A stretch of DNA of 64,000 nucleotides from Candidatus Marinacidobacterales bacterium (GCA_965222425.1 CBDCTW010000018.1:113925-177924); one strand, 5' to 3'. Counted from the first letter of the stretch, positions 1-12,409 are shown. Numbers and translations: made by a program. Notes: generated from the sequence alone by a model not told the origin.

Positions 1-42
1 ATCACGTGCCAGCGATCGTCGGCCTGCGCCCGATCCAAATAC

Positions 43-1242
43 GGTGCTTCCGCAATTAAGTGTTGGCGGCCAGCCCCTAACCGGTCTGCGTGCTAGAGTT
101 TGAACCAGAATTCCGAAGACACAGTTCTTTCATCTTCAGGGCGGAGCCAAAGTGAAGAATAGCAGATGTCTCAATCTCGCATGTCCGTTGCGGGGCAAAG
201 TGAGTTCCGGAAACATCGTTCGCCACGGATTCTACCGAACCAGGTCCGGGAAACGCCGTCGATACCGGTGCGGCGAGTGCGGAAAGACGTTCTCCTCGAC
301 GAAAGGCACGCCCTACTACCGTCTCCAACATCGAAGAGCTACTTTCGATGGGGTCATCGCTCTCAGAGTCGAGGGTGTCAGCATTTCCTCGATTTCCAGG
401 ATCAAAGGGATTGCCTGGAACACCGTCGCCCGCTGGCTCGAGAAGGCAGCCCAAGTGTGTCGTCGATTCAATCACAGAAGGATCGCTGGCTTCGTTGCCG
501 AAGAGCTTCAAGCCGACGAGATTCGCACGTTCGCGGGCAACAAGAAGACACCGAGTTGGGTCTTCGTTACAATCGAAGTCTGGTCTCGGCTCTGGCCATC
601 GACGGTGACGGGAAGGCGAAGCTACCGGAACACTCACGCTCTGTTTCGCGACCTTTCGAGGCGGATGAATTTCGAGCGTCTTCCCCTGATCGTCACGGAT
701 GGATTCGAATTCTACCAGAAGGTCATCCGTCGCTTCTTCGGGCCAGCGTGCCTCTACGGCTAGGTCCTCAAGACGCGCAGGAACGATCGCATCATCAAGG
801 TCGAACGGAGAGCGCTGCACGGAGCCGCGTGACGATTCGAAGACGCGCTCAATAACTCCGAGGACTCTTCGACATTGAACACGTCGTTCATCGAGCGGTT
901 AAATCTGACCATCCGGCAAAGCTCGGCATACCTTTCGAGACGAACGCTTTCCCACGCTCGCTCGACGGAGAGGCTCGATGAGCACCTGGAGTTGCTCCGT
1001 TGCTATTACAACTTCGTCCGACCGCACGGAGCTCTGAAGTTCGGACGTGAGATCCGAACTCCGGCTATGCAAGCCGGTCTGACCACGCGACGGCTCACCT
1101 TTCGAGACATCTTCTTGGCGACGACGATTCCTTTGTGGTTGCGGATCGAGGTTTTCCTGCTCACTAGGGCGCGCAACCCGGTCTCTTCCACACCTGTACC
1201 ACTGCCCGCAGCCGCGTAGCAACACTTGATGGCGGAAGCACC
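43..1242 (+). mobile_element. IS1-like insertion sequence
   Basis: 23-bp imperfect terminal inverted repeats ggtgcttccgcaattaagtgttg (43-65) and caacacttgatggcggaagcacc (1220-1242) enclose a transposase frame. No TSD is visible. Confidence 0.8.
152..1219 (+). pseudogene. IS1-family-like transposase with two in-frame stops
   Basis: N-terminal Zn-ribbon (C..ACP...RYRCGECGKTFS), HTH, and DDE-type motifs (LQADE, IVTDG, NTSFIERLNLTIRQ). ORFs 152-763 and 875-1219 are in one frame, broken by TAG 761-763 and TGA 830-832. Confidence 0.8.
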
Positions 1243-1609
1243 AAGAACCACGCGCCGGGACGTTTCGGAATCATAGCTAGACTTGGAGTTCACGGCTGTG
1301 CTCCGCAAAAAGTCTATCCAGTGTTGATTGCGCATTTTAGACCTACCGTTCGTGTTTTCGGACACAACGGGTTTGTTCTATGCTATGGGGGTGATTTAGC
1401 CCTAATCGCAAATAAACGTCACCGTGTCTGAGGTTTTTGGCCCCGTGAATAGCACCTTTTCCAGGTTCTGCATACACCGTGCAGAATCACCTATAGTGGC
1501 GGCGAGCGGGTGCCCCAGCACGAGCTTCTCGCCTGCGCCCAGTGCGGCTGTTTCGCGTTTTCGTGCTTCGAAGATTTTGCGATTAGGGTTAGAACTCAGG
1601 AGGGGAGTC

Positions 1610-3316
1610 ATGGGTCGCTTAGTAAAGCTGGTCGTTTTGGTGGCAGGAATGGGGGGCTTGGCGGGATGCGGTGAAGAAGATCCAGGCTCCTCGCAAGGGG
1701 TAGCGGTGGACCTCGTCGTCCATAACGCCAAGATCCTTACCGTGGACGAAGCCTTTTCCATAGCCGAAGCGGCGGCTATCAAGGACGGTAAGTTCGTCGT
1801 GGTAGGAGCCGATAGCGACGTACGCGCGATGGCCGGCGCGAATACCAAGCAAGTCGATCTAGGTGGCAAGACGGTCCTCCCCGGGTTCCACGATACGCAC
1901 ACCCATGCGGTCACCATGGGGCTCAACCTCCCCGCCTCGATGGATCTGACTTCGGTTACCTCCATCGCCGACATTCAAGAAGTGGTCGCCAAGGCGGTGG
2001 CCGAGTCCGAGTCCGGCGAGTGGCTTTTCAGCGAGGGCGGTTGGTGGCAGTTCATGCTCTCGGACGGGCGCCTACCGAACCGCCATGATCTCGATCCTGT
2101 GTCTCCTGACAACCCGGTAGTCCTTAGAGGGGGGCACTACAATATCGCTAATAGCCTGGCTCTCGAACGCCTCAACTATACGAAGGACACACCCGATCCT
2201 CCCGGCGGTGAGATCTGGAAGGACGAGAAAGGCAATCCTACCGGGTTCCTTCTCAAAGCGGCCCACCATCCGACACGCCAATACGTTCCCAAGCTAACTG
2301 AAGAGCAGCGGCTCGACGGGATCCGGCAGGCCATCAGCCGAGTCAACAGTTGGGGCATGACGAGCTTCAGGGAGGCAGGCGGTACGAAGGAACAAGTCGC
2401 GATGCTCCGGGAAATCTATGACCGAGGCGAGCGCACCGCCCGCGTGGATTGGTGTTACAACGTCGACCCCAACACCCCGGAAGCAGAGCTGGACACGGTT
2501 TTCGAAGCCCTGGGTTCTCCGGACGAGACATGGGGTGAGGGCATGTTTCGTGCCGACGGATTGGCCGAGCTGATGCTCGACGGGGCAGAAGAGTCGGCAT
2601 TTTTACGCGGTGCGTACAAGGGGCGTCCCGACTACCACGGTGTGTCGGTCGTGCCGCAAGAGCAGTTCAATGCATTCGCGGCCGCTGCGGCTCGCCATGG
2701 CTGGCGTCCCGGTCCTCATGCGGTAGGCGACGCGGCTATCGATCTCGCATTGAACGCTTTCGAACATGCGAATGCCCAGAGCTCGATCGTAGGGAAACGT
2801 TGGATGCTCGATCACGCGATCTTGTTGCAGCCCGACCAGTACGAGCGGATCAAGGGGCTGGAGCTCATCGTGAACGCGCAGCCAAGGCACATCTACATCA
2901 TCGGAGACAAATTCATTGAGTTCTGGGGAAAGCCGCTGGCCGAAATGACCTATCGGTTCAGGGACTGGATCGACAACGGGGTGATGATGACCTTGGGGGC
3001 CGACAAGGCCATTTCCGTTCGCTCAGCTCCGCTGATGCAGATCGAGATCGCGGTGATCCGCGAGATGGGTGGTGGCGGGATACTGGCAGCTCATCAAGCG
3101 ATCTCCCGAGAAGAGGCCATCCGCGCGATAACACAACATTCTGCCTACACCAGCTTCGAAGAAGACAAAAAGGGCTCGATCGAGGCGGGCAAGTACGCGG
3201 ACTTCGTGGTGCTGGGCCAGGACATACTCACCGTTCCAGCAGAAAACATCAACGAGATCGAGGTCGTGGCCACCGTGCTCGGCGGCGAGTTAATTTACGG
3301 ATCCTTGTCGCCTTAG
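1610..3316 (+). CDS. Amidohydrolase_3 / YtcJ-like metal-dependent hydrolase, probable lipoprotein
   Basis: PGFHDTHTH, HAVGDAA, DHA and KGSIEAGKYADFVVL motifs. RBS aggagggga precedes ATG 1610; N-terminal lipobox LAGC. Confidence 0.9.
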   Translation: MGRLVKLVVLVAGMGGLAGCGEEDPGSSQGVAVDLVVHNAKILTVDEAFSIAEAAAIKDGKFVVVGADSDVRAMAGANTKQVDLGGKTVLPGFHDTHTHAVTMGLNLPASMDLTSVTSIADIQEVVAKAVAESESGEWLFSEGGWWQFMLSDGRLPNRHDLDPVSPDNPVVLRGGHYNIANSLALERLNYTKDTPDPPGGEIWKDEKGNPTGFLLKAAHHPTRQYVPKLTEEQRLDGIRQAISRVNSWGMTSFREAGGTKEQVAMLREIYDRGERTARVDWCYNVDPNTPEAELDTVFEALGSPDETWGEGMFRADGLAELMLDGAEESAFLRGAYKGRPDYHGVSVVPQEQFNAFAAAAARHGWRPGPHAVGDAAIDLALNAFEHANAQSSIVGKRWMLDHAILLQPDQYERIKGLELIVNAQPRHIYIIGDKFIEFWGKPLAEMTYRFRDWIDNGVMMTLGADKAISVRSAPLMQIEIAVIREMGGGGILAAHQAISREEAIRAITQHSAYTSFEEDKKGSIEAGKYADFVVLGQDILTVPAENINEIEVVATVLGGELIYGSLSP

Positions 3317-3401
3317 CGTCTATCTCAATGGAGGGGATGGTTGCACGCTCGTCCCTTGCCGATGGATGTCGAGGACGAACGTCTCGGCGTCTTCTTGTTG
3401 C

Positions 3402-3459
3402 CCGTCCTGTGCCAAAACTCGGCTCTTTTGAAATAGACCATAAATCAGCAGCTTAGACG
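3402..3459 (+). repeat. MITE family B end (partial)
   Basis: ccgtcctgtgccaaaactcggc.cttttgaaatagacc...aaatcagcagcttag, repeated at 4987, 9477, 11025, 12474, 16124, 37736, 39422 and 42343. Confidence 0.85.
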
Positions 3460-3664
3460 TCACCGGAGTTCAGCTTGCGCCAAACTGTGCATAAATGCCG
3501 TCCTCGCACGACGACGTGGACGAGCCGGCAACAGTAGACGGAGCAACCACCCATAATCCCGTATAGAATGCGTCCTATCGTCGAAATTTGAGGAGTTGAT
3601 GTCCGTCGCTGTCGCAAGCGGTACGGGCGGAAGCGGAGAAGGACGTGAAGGGAGCAGGGACGTG

Positions 3665-3830
3665 GGTGCTTGCGCCGTTTACTGTTGGTGATGTGTACGC
3701 ATCCCTCTGCAAAAGAGGCGCTTACGCTCCATTTAGCATGCAGCGAAGGTCACGAACGCTATTTTGGCTGTAATTTAATGCACCGTAGGGTCTTAGCGTC
3801 ATCTCACCAACACTTAATGGCGGAAGCACC
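3665..3830. mobile_element. MITE family A (~166 bp, IS1-like ends)
   Basis: Ends ggtgcttgcgccgtttactgttg and caacacttaatggcggaagcacc match the IS at 43-1242. Non-coding interior shared by six copies. Confidence 0.85.
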
Positions 3831-3934
3831 AAGATTTTCGTGAATTCAAGCGGTTGCTCTCCGTGGCCCACGTGCTCTTACTCGTTGCGATCGTCATTTG
3901 GGGAAGGCGGGCTCCGTCTATACTAGAGTGAGCC

Positions 3935-4177
3935 ATGATGCTTCTAAGACGTCTCGCCATCCACGCTGCGCGAGGACTGGCACGTCGTCCGGAGGTACGA
4001 GCTAGAGCCAAAGAGACATTAACCAACGCCACACGTGTGTTTAACGAGGAGGTCAAACCCCGTGCCAAAGAAGCCTGGCGGGACGCACAGCCAGGCATCG
4101 AGCACGCCAAGGTGAGACTCAAGCGGTTTGCCGAGAAGCTGCGGGACGAGTACCGCAAGGGACGCGACCGCGAATAG
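3935..4177 (+). CDS. Small basic helical hypothetical protein (80 aa)
   Basis: ATG start with a TATACT -10-like box about 10 nt upstream; plausible amphipathic helical sequence. No family recognised. Confidence 0.5.
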   Translation: MMLLRRLAIHAARGLARRPEVRARAKETLTNATRVFNEEVKPRAKEAWRDAQPGIEHAKVRLKRFAEKLRDEYRKGRDRE

Positions 4178-4526
4178 GACGTTATCCCCCCTGGCGACGC
4201 CAGTACCGGCAGACAGACAACGAGTCAGGCACCCACAGTCGAAAACGATCGAGGCACGGACTCAGGGACCGTATCTGATCAGTGCCGTGTCCGATCCTGG
4301 ACCTGCGCTGCTTCCCTTCAGTTTCCACGGCTACAGCGAACACGCGGGGACGAAAGTATCGCGGGCTTGACAACGGCGAGCCGGACACCCTAGTCCCAGC
4401 CTAAGCCGCGACCGTGCACAAGAGCCAGGGCTTGAGCCGGTCGTGAACCCGCCATGCTGGGCATCAGATACGGCAGTCAGCCTCAACTTAACAATGCCAC
4501 CACGGGTTGTCTCGCAGCGTCGGCCG

Positions 4527-4990
4527 TCAGATCGTGATGCCGTAGTCACCTGGGGCGCGGCCGGTACGAAATGCGTGATAAGCCAACGCGCAGGCAACGA
4601 CGGTGTCCGGCGGGTGACCATTCCCAAAGAGATCGTCGACGCTGCAGTACTTGTGCTCCCGGTAGAACGGTTCGAGCCGCGGCATCTTGATCTCGTGGTG
4701 TTCAAGCGCCGAGATGTAACTAATAAATAGGTCTCGGCGTTGACGGCCCATCATCTGAAAATCAATGACAACACGCGCGGTCACGTGCTCGGCGACCACA
4801 GACCCGCCGCCGGTGGCATCGTGGGCAACTGGCCCCGGGTAGCGTTCCGCAGCACGATTCAGCAAGTCGATCATGACGTCCCAGGGGTGCCGGTGGGTGC
4901 GCACGGCGGCGACCAGCTTGAGCGGCTTCACATCACACTGTAAGGTCGCCACCACCGTGTAGTCGACCGCTTGCGCCCAGTCGGCCCCGT
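4527..4990 (-). pseudogene. Phage terminase large subunit, C-terminal RNase H-like nuclease fragment
   Basis: GADWAQAVDYTV...HDATGGGS...HPPDTVVACALA pattern resembles Terminase_6C. The ATPase half is missing; the 5' end abuts MITE-B. Confidence 0.7.
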
Positions 4991-5168
4991 CCTGTGCCAA
5001 AACTCGGCCCTTTTGAAATAGGCCATAAATCAGCAACTTAGAGTCTGTGTTTGCGGCCGTGCCCAGGGCCGAGCGCGAACAAACGACGAAATCATGCCGG
5101 CATAGTCCCGGCAGATCGGAGACCGATCAGGTTCGGGTCGGCGCGGATGAATAAATAGAAGGCACAGG
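4987..5168. mobile_element. MITE family B, both ends present (182 bp)
   Basis: Left end ccgtcctgtgccaaaactc; right end gatgaataaatagaaggcacagg. Confidence 0.8.
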
Positions 5169-5441
5169 AGCGTACGCTGACGGGGCCATGAGGTGGCCTG
5201 AAAAGAGGCCATCCGCGAAGCCCAGAATCGAGGCCGGGGCTACCGCGGTTGAGAGCGGTTGAGATTGGAAGCTAAACTACTCTTTCTTGAGAGGCGCGTC
5301 TGTACTGACCACGATCTCGATCTGTAGTAGCCCTATTTGAAGCGATCTCACCCTATTGACGTACCAACTCCCGATATCGACCTTGGGACAGTAGCCTACT
5401 GCCATCGTCCGTATGCTGTTCAAAAGCATCGTCGATGTTAA

Positions 5442-5708
5442 GGTGCTTCCGCCATTAAGTGTTGGTGAGATGACGCTAAGACTTTACGCTGCGTTAAGTT
5501 ACAGCCAAAATAGCGCTCACACCTTCGCCGCGCGCTAAATGGAGCTTAAGCGCCTCTTTTGCAAAGGGATACGTACACATCACCAACAGCAAACAGCGCA
5601 AGCACCCAAAATAGCGCTCACGACCTTCGCCGCGCGCTAAATGGAGCGTAAGCGCTTTTTTTGCAAAGGGATACGTTCACATTACCAACAGCAAACAGCG
5701 CAAGCACC
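5442..5708. mobile_element. MITE family A plus tandem partial copy
   Basis: Full copy at 5442-5606, followed directly by a repeat of its last ~100 bp (5607-5708). Confidence 0.85.
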
Positions 5709-6077
5709 AGATTTTCGACCGGAACGACGCTCCCACCGAGGCTCATACTCCCCAGCACGACCATTTGTGATTGAACCGACTTACCGAGGATGCCGGAGCA
5801 AAGAGCCACAAATGTTGCAAGCGTCATTGCCGTAGTCGGGCCCGTGTTTTGAAGTTCGACCACATGCAAGTGAAAGTTGTGATCGCCGGGTTTTGCCGAG
5901 GCACTGACCGAAGAGGCATTGGCTTTGAAATAGTCGAAGCCAACCTTAATACTTTCCTTTGCTGTGGTATTACACCCCACGCCGGACAGTGTGAGCTTGC
6001 CGTTTCCAGCGGTGACCTGAGTCTCGATCCGGTAGACCCCTAGGTGCCCACTGCTACCCGTCGCGACGGTGTGAAAG
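5709..6077 (-). pseudogene. brxL: BREX BrxL (Lon-like protease) C-terminal fragment
   Basis: HTVATGSSGHLGVYRIETQVTAGNGKL..SGVG...AKESIKVGFDYFKAN...FVALCS..LGK...MVVLGSMSLGG resembles the BrxL Lon-protease domain. Truncated at both ends. Confidence 0.75.
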
Positions 6078-6178
6078 CGGATTGAAACCCGGGAGCAAGG
6101 AAAACAGCCTTTTCGAAACTCAAGAAACCCCCGAATCTGAGTTGCCAAGCTCACTGACGAACTAGTGGCTCTCGAAAA

Positions 6179-6345
6179 GGTGCTTACGCTGTTTACTGTT
6201 GGTGATGTGTACGCATCCCCTTTGCAAAAAAGGCACTTACGCTCCATTTCGCGCACAGCGAAGGTCACGAGCGCTATTTTGGCTGTAACTTAATGCACTG
6301 TAACGTCTTAGCGTTATTTTACCAACACTTGATGGCCGAAGCACC
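6179..6345. mobile_element. MITE family A
   Basis: Same ends and interior as 3665-3830. Confidence 0.85.
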
Positions 6346-6462
6346 GCGATAGGCCTTCTTCACATACTTCCGCTGAGTGCGTTTGAAAATGCTCATGGGG
6401 AACCTCGTATCCGCGAGTACAGGACAATTGTGGACCGAGATCGCGAGTTGTGCACCCAAGGC
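6346..6462 (-). mobile_element. IS5-family left-end remnant
   Basis: Near-identical to about 32208-32323 of the intact IS5-family element. Confidence 0.8.
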
Positions 6463-6625
6463 AGAAGCAGCCGGCCATAGCAGGTCTAAAACGCGCAATC
6501 AACGCTGGATAGAGTTTTTGCGGAGCACAGGGATTGCGTGCCTGCTGCGGCGACGGCGAGATAGGACGAAAGAACGGCGAAACCGATACGCGTCATTCTC
6601 GTACAGATGCAATTGGTTTTGGTAA

Positions 6626-7414
6626 TTATACATTATCGGTCGCGCACACATTCTCCAGATCGGTGATGAACATGCGTCCGGGAGCGTGGGTAATCAGCAA
6701 CTCCGGTCTGGCTTGCACCGCCACCGCCTGGGGCGTCACACCACAGGCCCAGAAGACCGGAATCTCGCCGTCGTGGATGGTGACGGCATCTCCATAGTCG
6801 ACGTTATCGACGTCGCGGATGCCCAGGGCTTCTGGTCTGCCCGACTGCACCGGGGCGCCGTGGGCGTCCGGATACTTCGACGTAATCTCCACGACCCGAG
6901 GAACCTGGCTCTGCTCGATGGGCCGCATCGAAACGACCAGGGGGCCTCGGAAGGCACCCGCCGCGACGCAGTCGCGGTTCGTGATGTACATCGGGACGAC
7001 TTTGTTCTCTTCCTGGTGCCGCAGGGGGATGCCCGCTCGCGCGAGAGCGGTCTCGAACGTGAAACTGCAGCCGAGCAGAAAAGCGACGAAATCGTCGCGC
7101 CACAGCGACGAGATATCCGTTGTTTCCTCGGCGAGCTCTCCGCGACGATAGACGCGATATAGCGGCACGTCCGTGCGGAGATCGGCTCTCGGCGCACTGG
7201 CATGCGGCACCGGCTCGCCGGGCGTGGTTTGCTCGATCAACGGGCAGGGTCTCGGGTTCTTCTCGCAGAACAGCCGGAAATCGGCCGCTTCGCCCGCGGC
7301 CAGCACCACCAGATTCGCCTGCACCCGGTCGGGACAGAGCCCGGACGTCGTTTCGCAGAACGCTCCCTTGCGAATGGCCGAGCGTAGCTCGACGAGAGTG
7401 GGTGTCCTGCTCAA
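6626..7414 (-). CDS. Putative hydro-lyase, DUF1445 / YcsI / D-glutamate cyclase family
   Basis: VQANLVVL, FCEKNPRPCPLI, DLRTDVPLYRVY, FLLGCSFTFE, PVFWACGVTPQ and ITHAPGRMFITD motifs. Confidence 0.9.
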   Translation of the reverse strand: MSRTPTLVELRSAIRKGAFCETTSGLCPDRVQANLVVLAAGEAADFRLFCEKNPRPCPLIEQTTPGEPVPHASAPRADLRTDVPLYRVYRRGELAEETTDISSLWRDDFVAFLLGCSFTFETALARAGIPLRHQEENKVVPMYITNRDCVAAGAFRGPLVVSMRPIEQSQVPRVVEITSKYPDAHGAPVQSGRPEALGIRDVDNVDYGDAVTIHDGEIPVFWACGVTPQAVAVQARPELLITHAPGRMFITDLENVCATDNV

Positions 7415-7500
7415 TGGCCCACCGCCGCTGCTCCGCGCCGTGGGTCGGCGCCCCGCATGCGGGTCCCTGTGTCCGGATCGACGTAGATCGCGTGGGAGGC
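7411..7500 (-). pseudogene. Gamma-glutamyltranspeptidase C-terminal remnant
   Basis: Manual translation ASHAIYVDPDTGTRMRGADPRRGAAAVGH* resembles the GGT C-terminal GADPRR motif. Its stop overlaps the DUF1445 start. Confidence 0.6.
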
Positions 7501-7731
7501 TAGCAGGCGGCGGACCGATCGGTCAATCCGAACCCGTGAGGTCAAAATACTCATGCGGCTTCCCGATGGTAGAAACGTAGCAACCCGCCAAGCCGTTCAC
7601 GGGAGTGCACCTTGCGCTCGGACTGAGATAACTGGTCGCTGGCTGGGAACAGCAGCAGATTCTCCTTGCCTTGATGATTCCTCTCGTGATGATGGTAGAC
7701 GACGTACTCGTCTGGTCAAAATACTCGAACG

Positions 7732-7860
7732 CGTCGTGTCCCAAAATACAAACGAACTCTAAGACCCGCGCGCCGGGCCGTCGCCGAGTTCATCTATTAT
7801 TATCATGGAGAGCACAACCATCAAGGGCTTGGCAACGCGTTTGTGTTTTTGGACACGACG
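7732..7860. mobile_element. MITE family C, complete (129 bp)
   Basis: TIRs cgtcgtgtcccaaaatacaaacg and cgtttgtgtttttggacacgacg. Partial copies near 1350, 12439, 17761, 18266, 39302 and 41820. Confidence 0.8.
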
Positions 7861-7916
7861 CCCTCGGTGCGCTCGACCGGCGTAGTGTGGAAACAGCTTC
7901 AGGAACACGCTTGGAT

Positions 7917-9316
7917 GAGTTATAAGCAGAAGTTGTGGATCGCCTGAATGAGAAAGGCGGCGTATCCTTCCATGTAAGACAAAAGCGAAACCGGTTTTAG
8001 CGAACCGGAGGAAGGAAACGCCACCGATGCTGAGGATACAAGATCCACCGAAGGAAACGAAACATGAGGAAGTCGGGACTGCGCTCGATGAGCTGGCTCG
8101 TGAGGGGGCGCGTCGAATGTTGATGACGGCGCTGGAGGAGGAAGTCGGAGACTACATCGAAAGCCACTCTCCGGAACGAGACGAGAACGGACACGCGAGC
8201 GTAGTCCGCAACGGTCGAGCTCGAGCCCGCAAAGTGACGATGGGCTGCGGAACGATGGAAGTCGAGGCGCCGCGAGTCAACGACAAGCGGGTGATCGATG
8301 GAGAACGTCAGCGCTTCACGAGCAGCATCTTACCTCCGTATATGCGTCGCTCCCCGAAGGTGAGTGAGGTTTTGCCGTTGCTGTACTTGCGCGGATTGTC
8401 GACGAACGATTTCGGGCCTGCGCTGAAGAAGCTGCTGGGCGAGGAGGCTTCGGGGCTTTCGTCGACGGCGATCACGAGGCTGACGGCGAAATGGCAGTCG
8501 GAGTACGAAGAGTTTCGGAAACGAGACTTGAGCCGCGAGGATTACGCGTACATCTGGGTCGACGGCGTTCACTTCAATGTTCGTCTCGAAGACGACAGGC
8601 TTTGCACCCTTGTCGTTCTTGGTGTTCGGGCGGATGGGACGAAGGAGCTGCTCGCGGTGGAGGACGGTTATCGAGAGAGCGAGGAGAGCTGGGCGTACGT
8701 GCTGAGGGAACTAGATCGCCGCGGGATGAAACCTCCTCTTCTCGCCATCGGAGACGGCGCCTTGGGATTCTGGGCTGCGGTTCGAAACGTATGGCCGGAA
8801 ACCCGTCACCAGTTGTGCTGCGTTCACAAGACAAAAAACGTCCTCGACAAGCTACCGAGGCGTCTTCATGGCCGTGTGAAGAGCGCCCTGAACGAGATCG
8901 TCAAGGCTGAGACCAGGGAGCAGGCGGAAGAAGCTCTTGAGCGGTTCGAATCGGACTACGGGGCCAAGTACCCCAAGGCTGTCGCATCCCTGACCAAGCA
9001 CCAGGACAAACTCCTGACGTTCTACGATTTCCCCGCCGAGCACTGGGAGCACATCCGAACCGCCAACCCCATCGAGTCGGCGTTCGCCACGGTGCGACTC
9101 CGGCAGAGAGTTACCAAGGGAGCAGGCTCCCGTTCGAAAGCCCTCCTCATGGCCTACAAGTTACTCGACATGGCGAGCCAACGATGGCGCCGGGTGAACG
9201 CCCCCGCACTTGTCGCTCGGATACTTGAGGGAGAGAAGTTCGTCGACGGATTAAACGAAGAAGCGAGGAACGCCGCTTGACTCAGAAAGTTGATCCACAA
9301 CTCTTGACAATATCTC
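7917..9316 (+). mobile_element. IS256-family element
   Basis: IRs gagtttataagcagaagttgtggatc and gatccacaactcttgacaatatctc; 9-bp TSD cgcttggat (7908-7916, 9317-9325). Confidence 0.92.
8027..9280 (+). CDS. IS256-family transposase
   Basis: YIWVDGVHF, AIGDGALGFW, HQLCCVHK and IRTANPIESAF mutator-type motifs. Confidence 0.92.
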   Translation: MLRIQDPPKETKHEEVGTALDELAREGARRMLMTALEEEVGDYIESHSPERDENGHASVVRNGRARARKVTMGCGTMEVEAPRVNDKRVIDGERQRFTSSILPPYMRRSPKVSEVLPLLYLRGLSTNDFGPALKKLLGEEASGLSSTAITRLTAKWQSEYEEFRKRDLSREDYAYIWVDGVHFNVRLEDDRLCTLVVLGVRADGTKELLAVEDGYRESEESWAYVLRELDRRGMKPPLLAIGDGALGFWAAVRNVWPETRHQLCCVHKTKNVLDKLPRRLHGRVKSALNEIVKAETREQAEEALERFESDYGAKYPKAVASLTKHQDKLLTFYDFPAEHWEHIRTANPIESAFATVRLRQRVTKGAGSRSKALLMAYKLLDMASQRWRRVNAPALVARILEGEKFVDGLNEEARNAA

Positions 9317-9477
9317 CGCTTGGATATTCGCTCTCGACTAGGTGGTCATCTGCAAGGTGACGACCCGCCCGCCCAAGACGATTGTAAAGCCCACGGCCCT
9401 TGGCCCGGTCGCAAACACGGACACTAAGTTGCTGATTTATGGCCTATTTCAAAAGGGCCGAGTTTTGGCACAGGACG

Positions 9478-9577
9478 CGGTTCTCCTCTTGCAAAGGTAG
9501 TCGATCACATCCTGCTGCTGGCGGTTGACCCAGCCAGCCACAACGAGCAGTAGGAATTGCGCGTGGTACGTCATCAT
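9478..9577 (-). pseudogene. N-terminal fragment of an rve (integrase-core) transposase, downstream of a family-B end
   Basis: MMTYHAQFLLLVVAGWVNRQQQDVIDYL/QEENRVL (one frameshift) resembles the N-terminus of Planctomycete/Acidobacteria integrase-core proteins. Confidence 0.6.
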
Positions 9578-9642
9578 GGAGCTGAAGATAACTGAACCGC
9601 CCCGGGTTTCCCGGAGACTCCAACTCTTGAGAGGATGGAGTC

Positions 9643-10877
<1,235 letters not shown>

Positions 10878-11182
10878 AACAGTCTCCGGAAAACCCGGGG
10901 CGGTTCATAACACCCTCGGGACAGACGATTGTAAAGCCTACGGCCCTTGGCCCGGTCGCAAACACAGACACTAAGCTGCTGATTTATGGCCTATTTCAAA
11001 AGGGCCGAGTTTTGGCACAGGACAGGAAGAGAGTTCAGACATCAACGACGCCTCGAGATCGATTTCACGAGCATCGCCCTCCCGGTTCTGTCGCAGCGAG
11101 TTTGCGACTTCTTTTTTGCGGACGACAGCCCGTATGCAGGCGATCTGGGCTAGAACCGCTGCCAGGATGACGCGAAAACAAC

Positions 11183-12409
11183 TCAAACGACGCCGGACAC
11201 GCGCAACAGCTGGAACGCTCCCAGCCCAATGACGACGAGCACCACTGCGCCCGCGAGCAAGTTGGCAAACCATCTGTTCCGATGGCGCCCGAGCAGTGAC
11301 CGGTCGTTCACGACGACGAGCAGGAAGATGGCGATGAGCGGCAGCAGGAGCCCGTTCGCAGCCTGCGCGAGGAGGATGGCTTCGGTGGGGCTGCCGCCCG
11401 AGAGCGACAAGGCAACACCGACGACGATGACCAGGATCCATACGCTGCGAAAGGCGGTGGACCTCATGTCGCGGTCCATGCCGAGCGCGCCCGTCGTCGC
11501 ATAGGCCGCTGCCAGAGGTGCTGTGATCGCACTGGTGAGGCCGGCGGCGAAGAGGCCGAGGCCAAAGAACGTTTTCGCGGCGGAGCCTAGGATGGGCTCG
11601 AGTACCCCCGTCACCATGAGAGCGTCGGCCTGTTCGATGCCTCGGCCAAGAAGTGGTGTGGCGGTCACTATGATCGCAAGCGTCACCGCACCTCCGAGGG
11701 TCACGGACAAATATGTATCGAGCCGAGCGGCCGGCAGGGCTTCGTCGGCCGGAACCTCCGAGGACCACTTCTCCTGAACGGCGCTCGCGTGCAGAAAGAG
11801 GTTGTACGGGACCACGGTGGTTCCGATGAGGGCGATGATGGTGACGAGCGAGCCGGCTGGGATCTGCGGGACCAGCATGCCCTTGAGGAGCTCTCCCGGA
11901 GCGGGCCCGACCATGACCGCAGTGAAGAGAAACACGGCACTCATGACCACGACCAGCGCCACCAAGATGCTCTGTATCACGCGATAGGTGCCCGAGCCGA
12001 GGAGGACGGTCGCAGCGACCGCGATCACGACCACCCAGGCTCTGGGTGTCCAGCCGAGCGTCAGCTCGAGCCCCAGCGAGGCGCCGAGCAGGTTTCCCGC
12101 CTCGTAGGCGGCGTTGCCAACCGTAATGGCGAGCGCCACCAGCCCGAGTGCCGCGTAGCGCAGGAGTGGTCGACGAAAGCTCTGACGGATTGCGTCGCTC
12201 AATCCCGAGCGGCGGACGATCCCCAGGCGAGCGGCCATTTCTTGCAGAACGGCAGTAGCGATGACCGAGAAGACGACGGCCCAGAGCAACGCGAAGCCGT
12301 AGCGTGCCCCGGCGCGTGAGGAGGTAACGATGGTTCCCGGACCGATGAAGGCTGCGGTCACGAGAAGGCCGGGACCTAGGCTTCGGAGTGTCGCCGCGAG
12401 CTTGCCCAC
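11183..12409 (-). CDS. NRAMP-like / YcsG-family transporter
   Basis: LGPGLLVTAAFIGPGT, QEMAARLG, GNAAYEAGN and GTTVVPYNLFLH motifs; many TM segments. Confidence 0.88.
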   Translation of the reverse strand: MGKLAATLRSLGPGLLVTAAFIGPGTIVTSSRAGARYGFALLWAVVFSVIATAVLQEMAARLGIVRRSGLSDAIRQSFRRPLLRYAALGLVALAITVGNAAYEAGNLLGASLGLELTLGWTPRAWVVVIAVAATVLLGSGTYRVIQSILVALVVVMSAVFLFTAVMVGPAPGELLKGMLVPQIPAGSLVTIIALIGTTVVPYNLFLHASAVQEKWSSEVPADEALPAARLDTYLSVTLGGAVTLAIIVTATPLLGRGIEQADALMVTGVLEPILGSAAKTFFGLGLFAAGLTSAITAPLAAAYATTGALGMDRDMRSTAFRSVWILVIVVGVALSLSGGSPTEAILLAQAANGLLLPLIAIFLLVVVNDRSLLGRHRNRWFANLLAGAVVLVVIGLGAFQLLRVSGVV

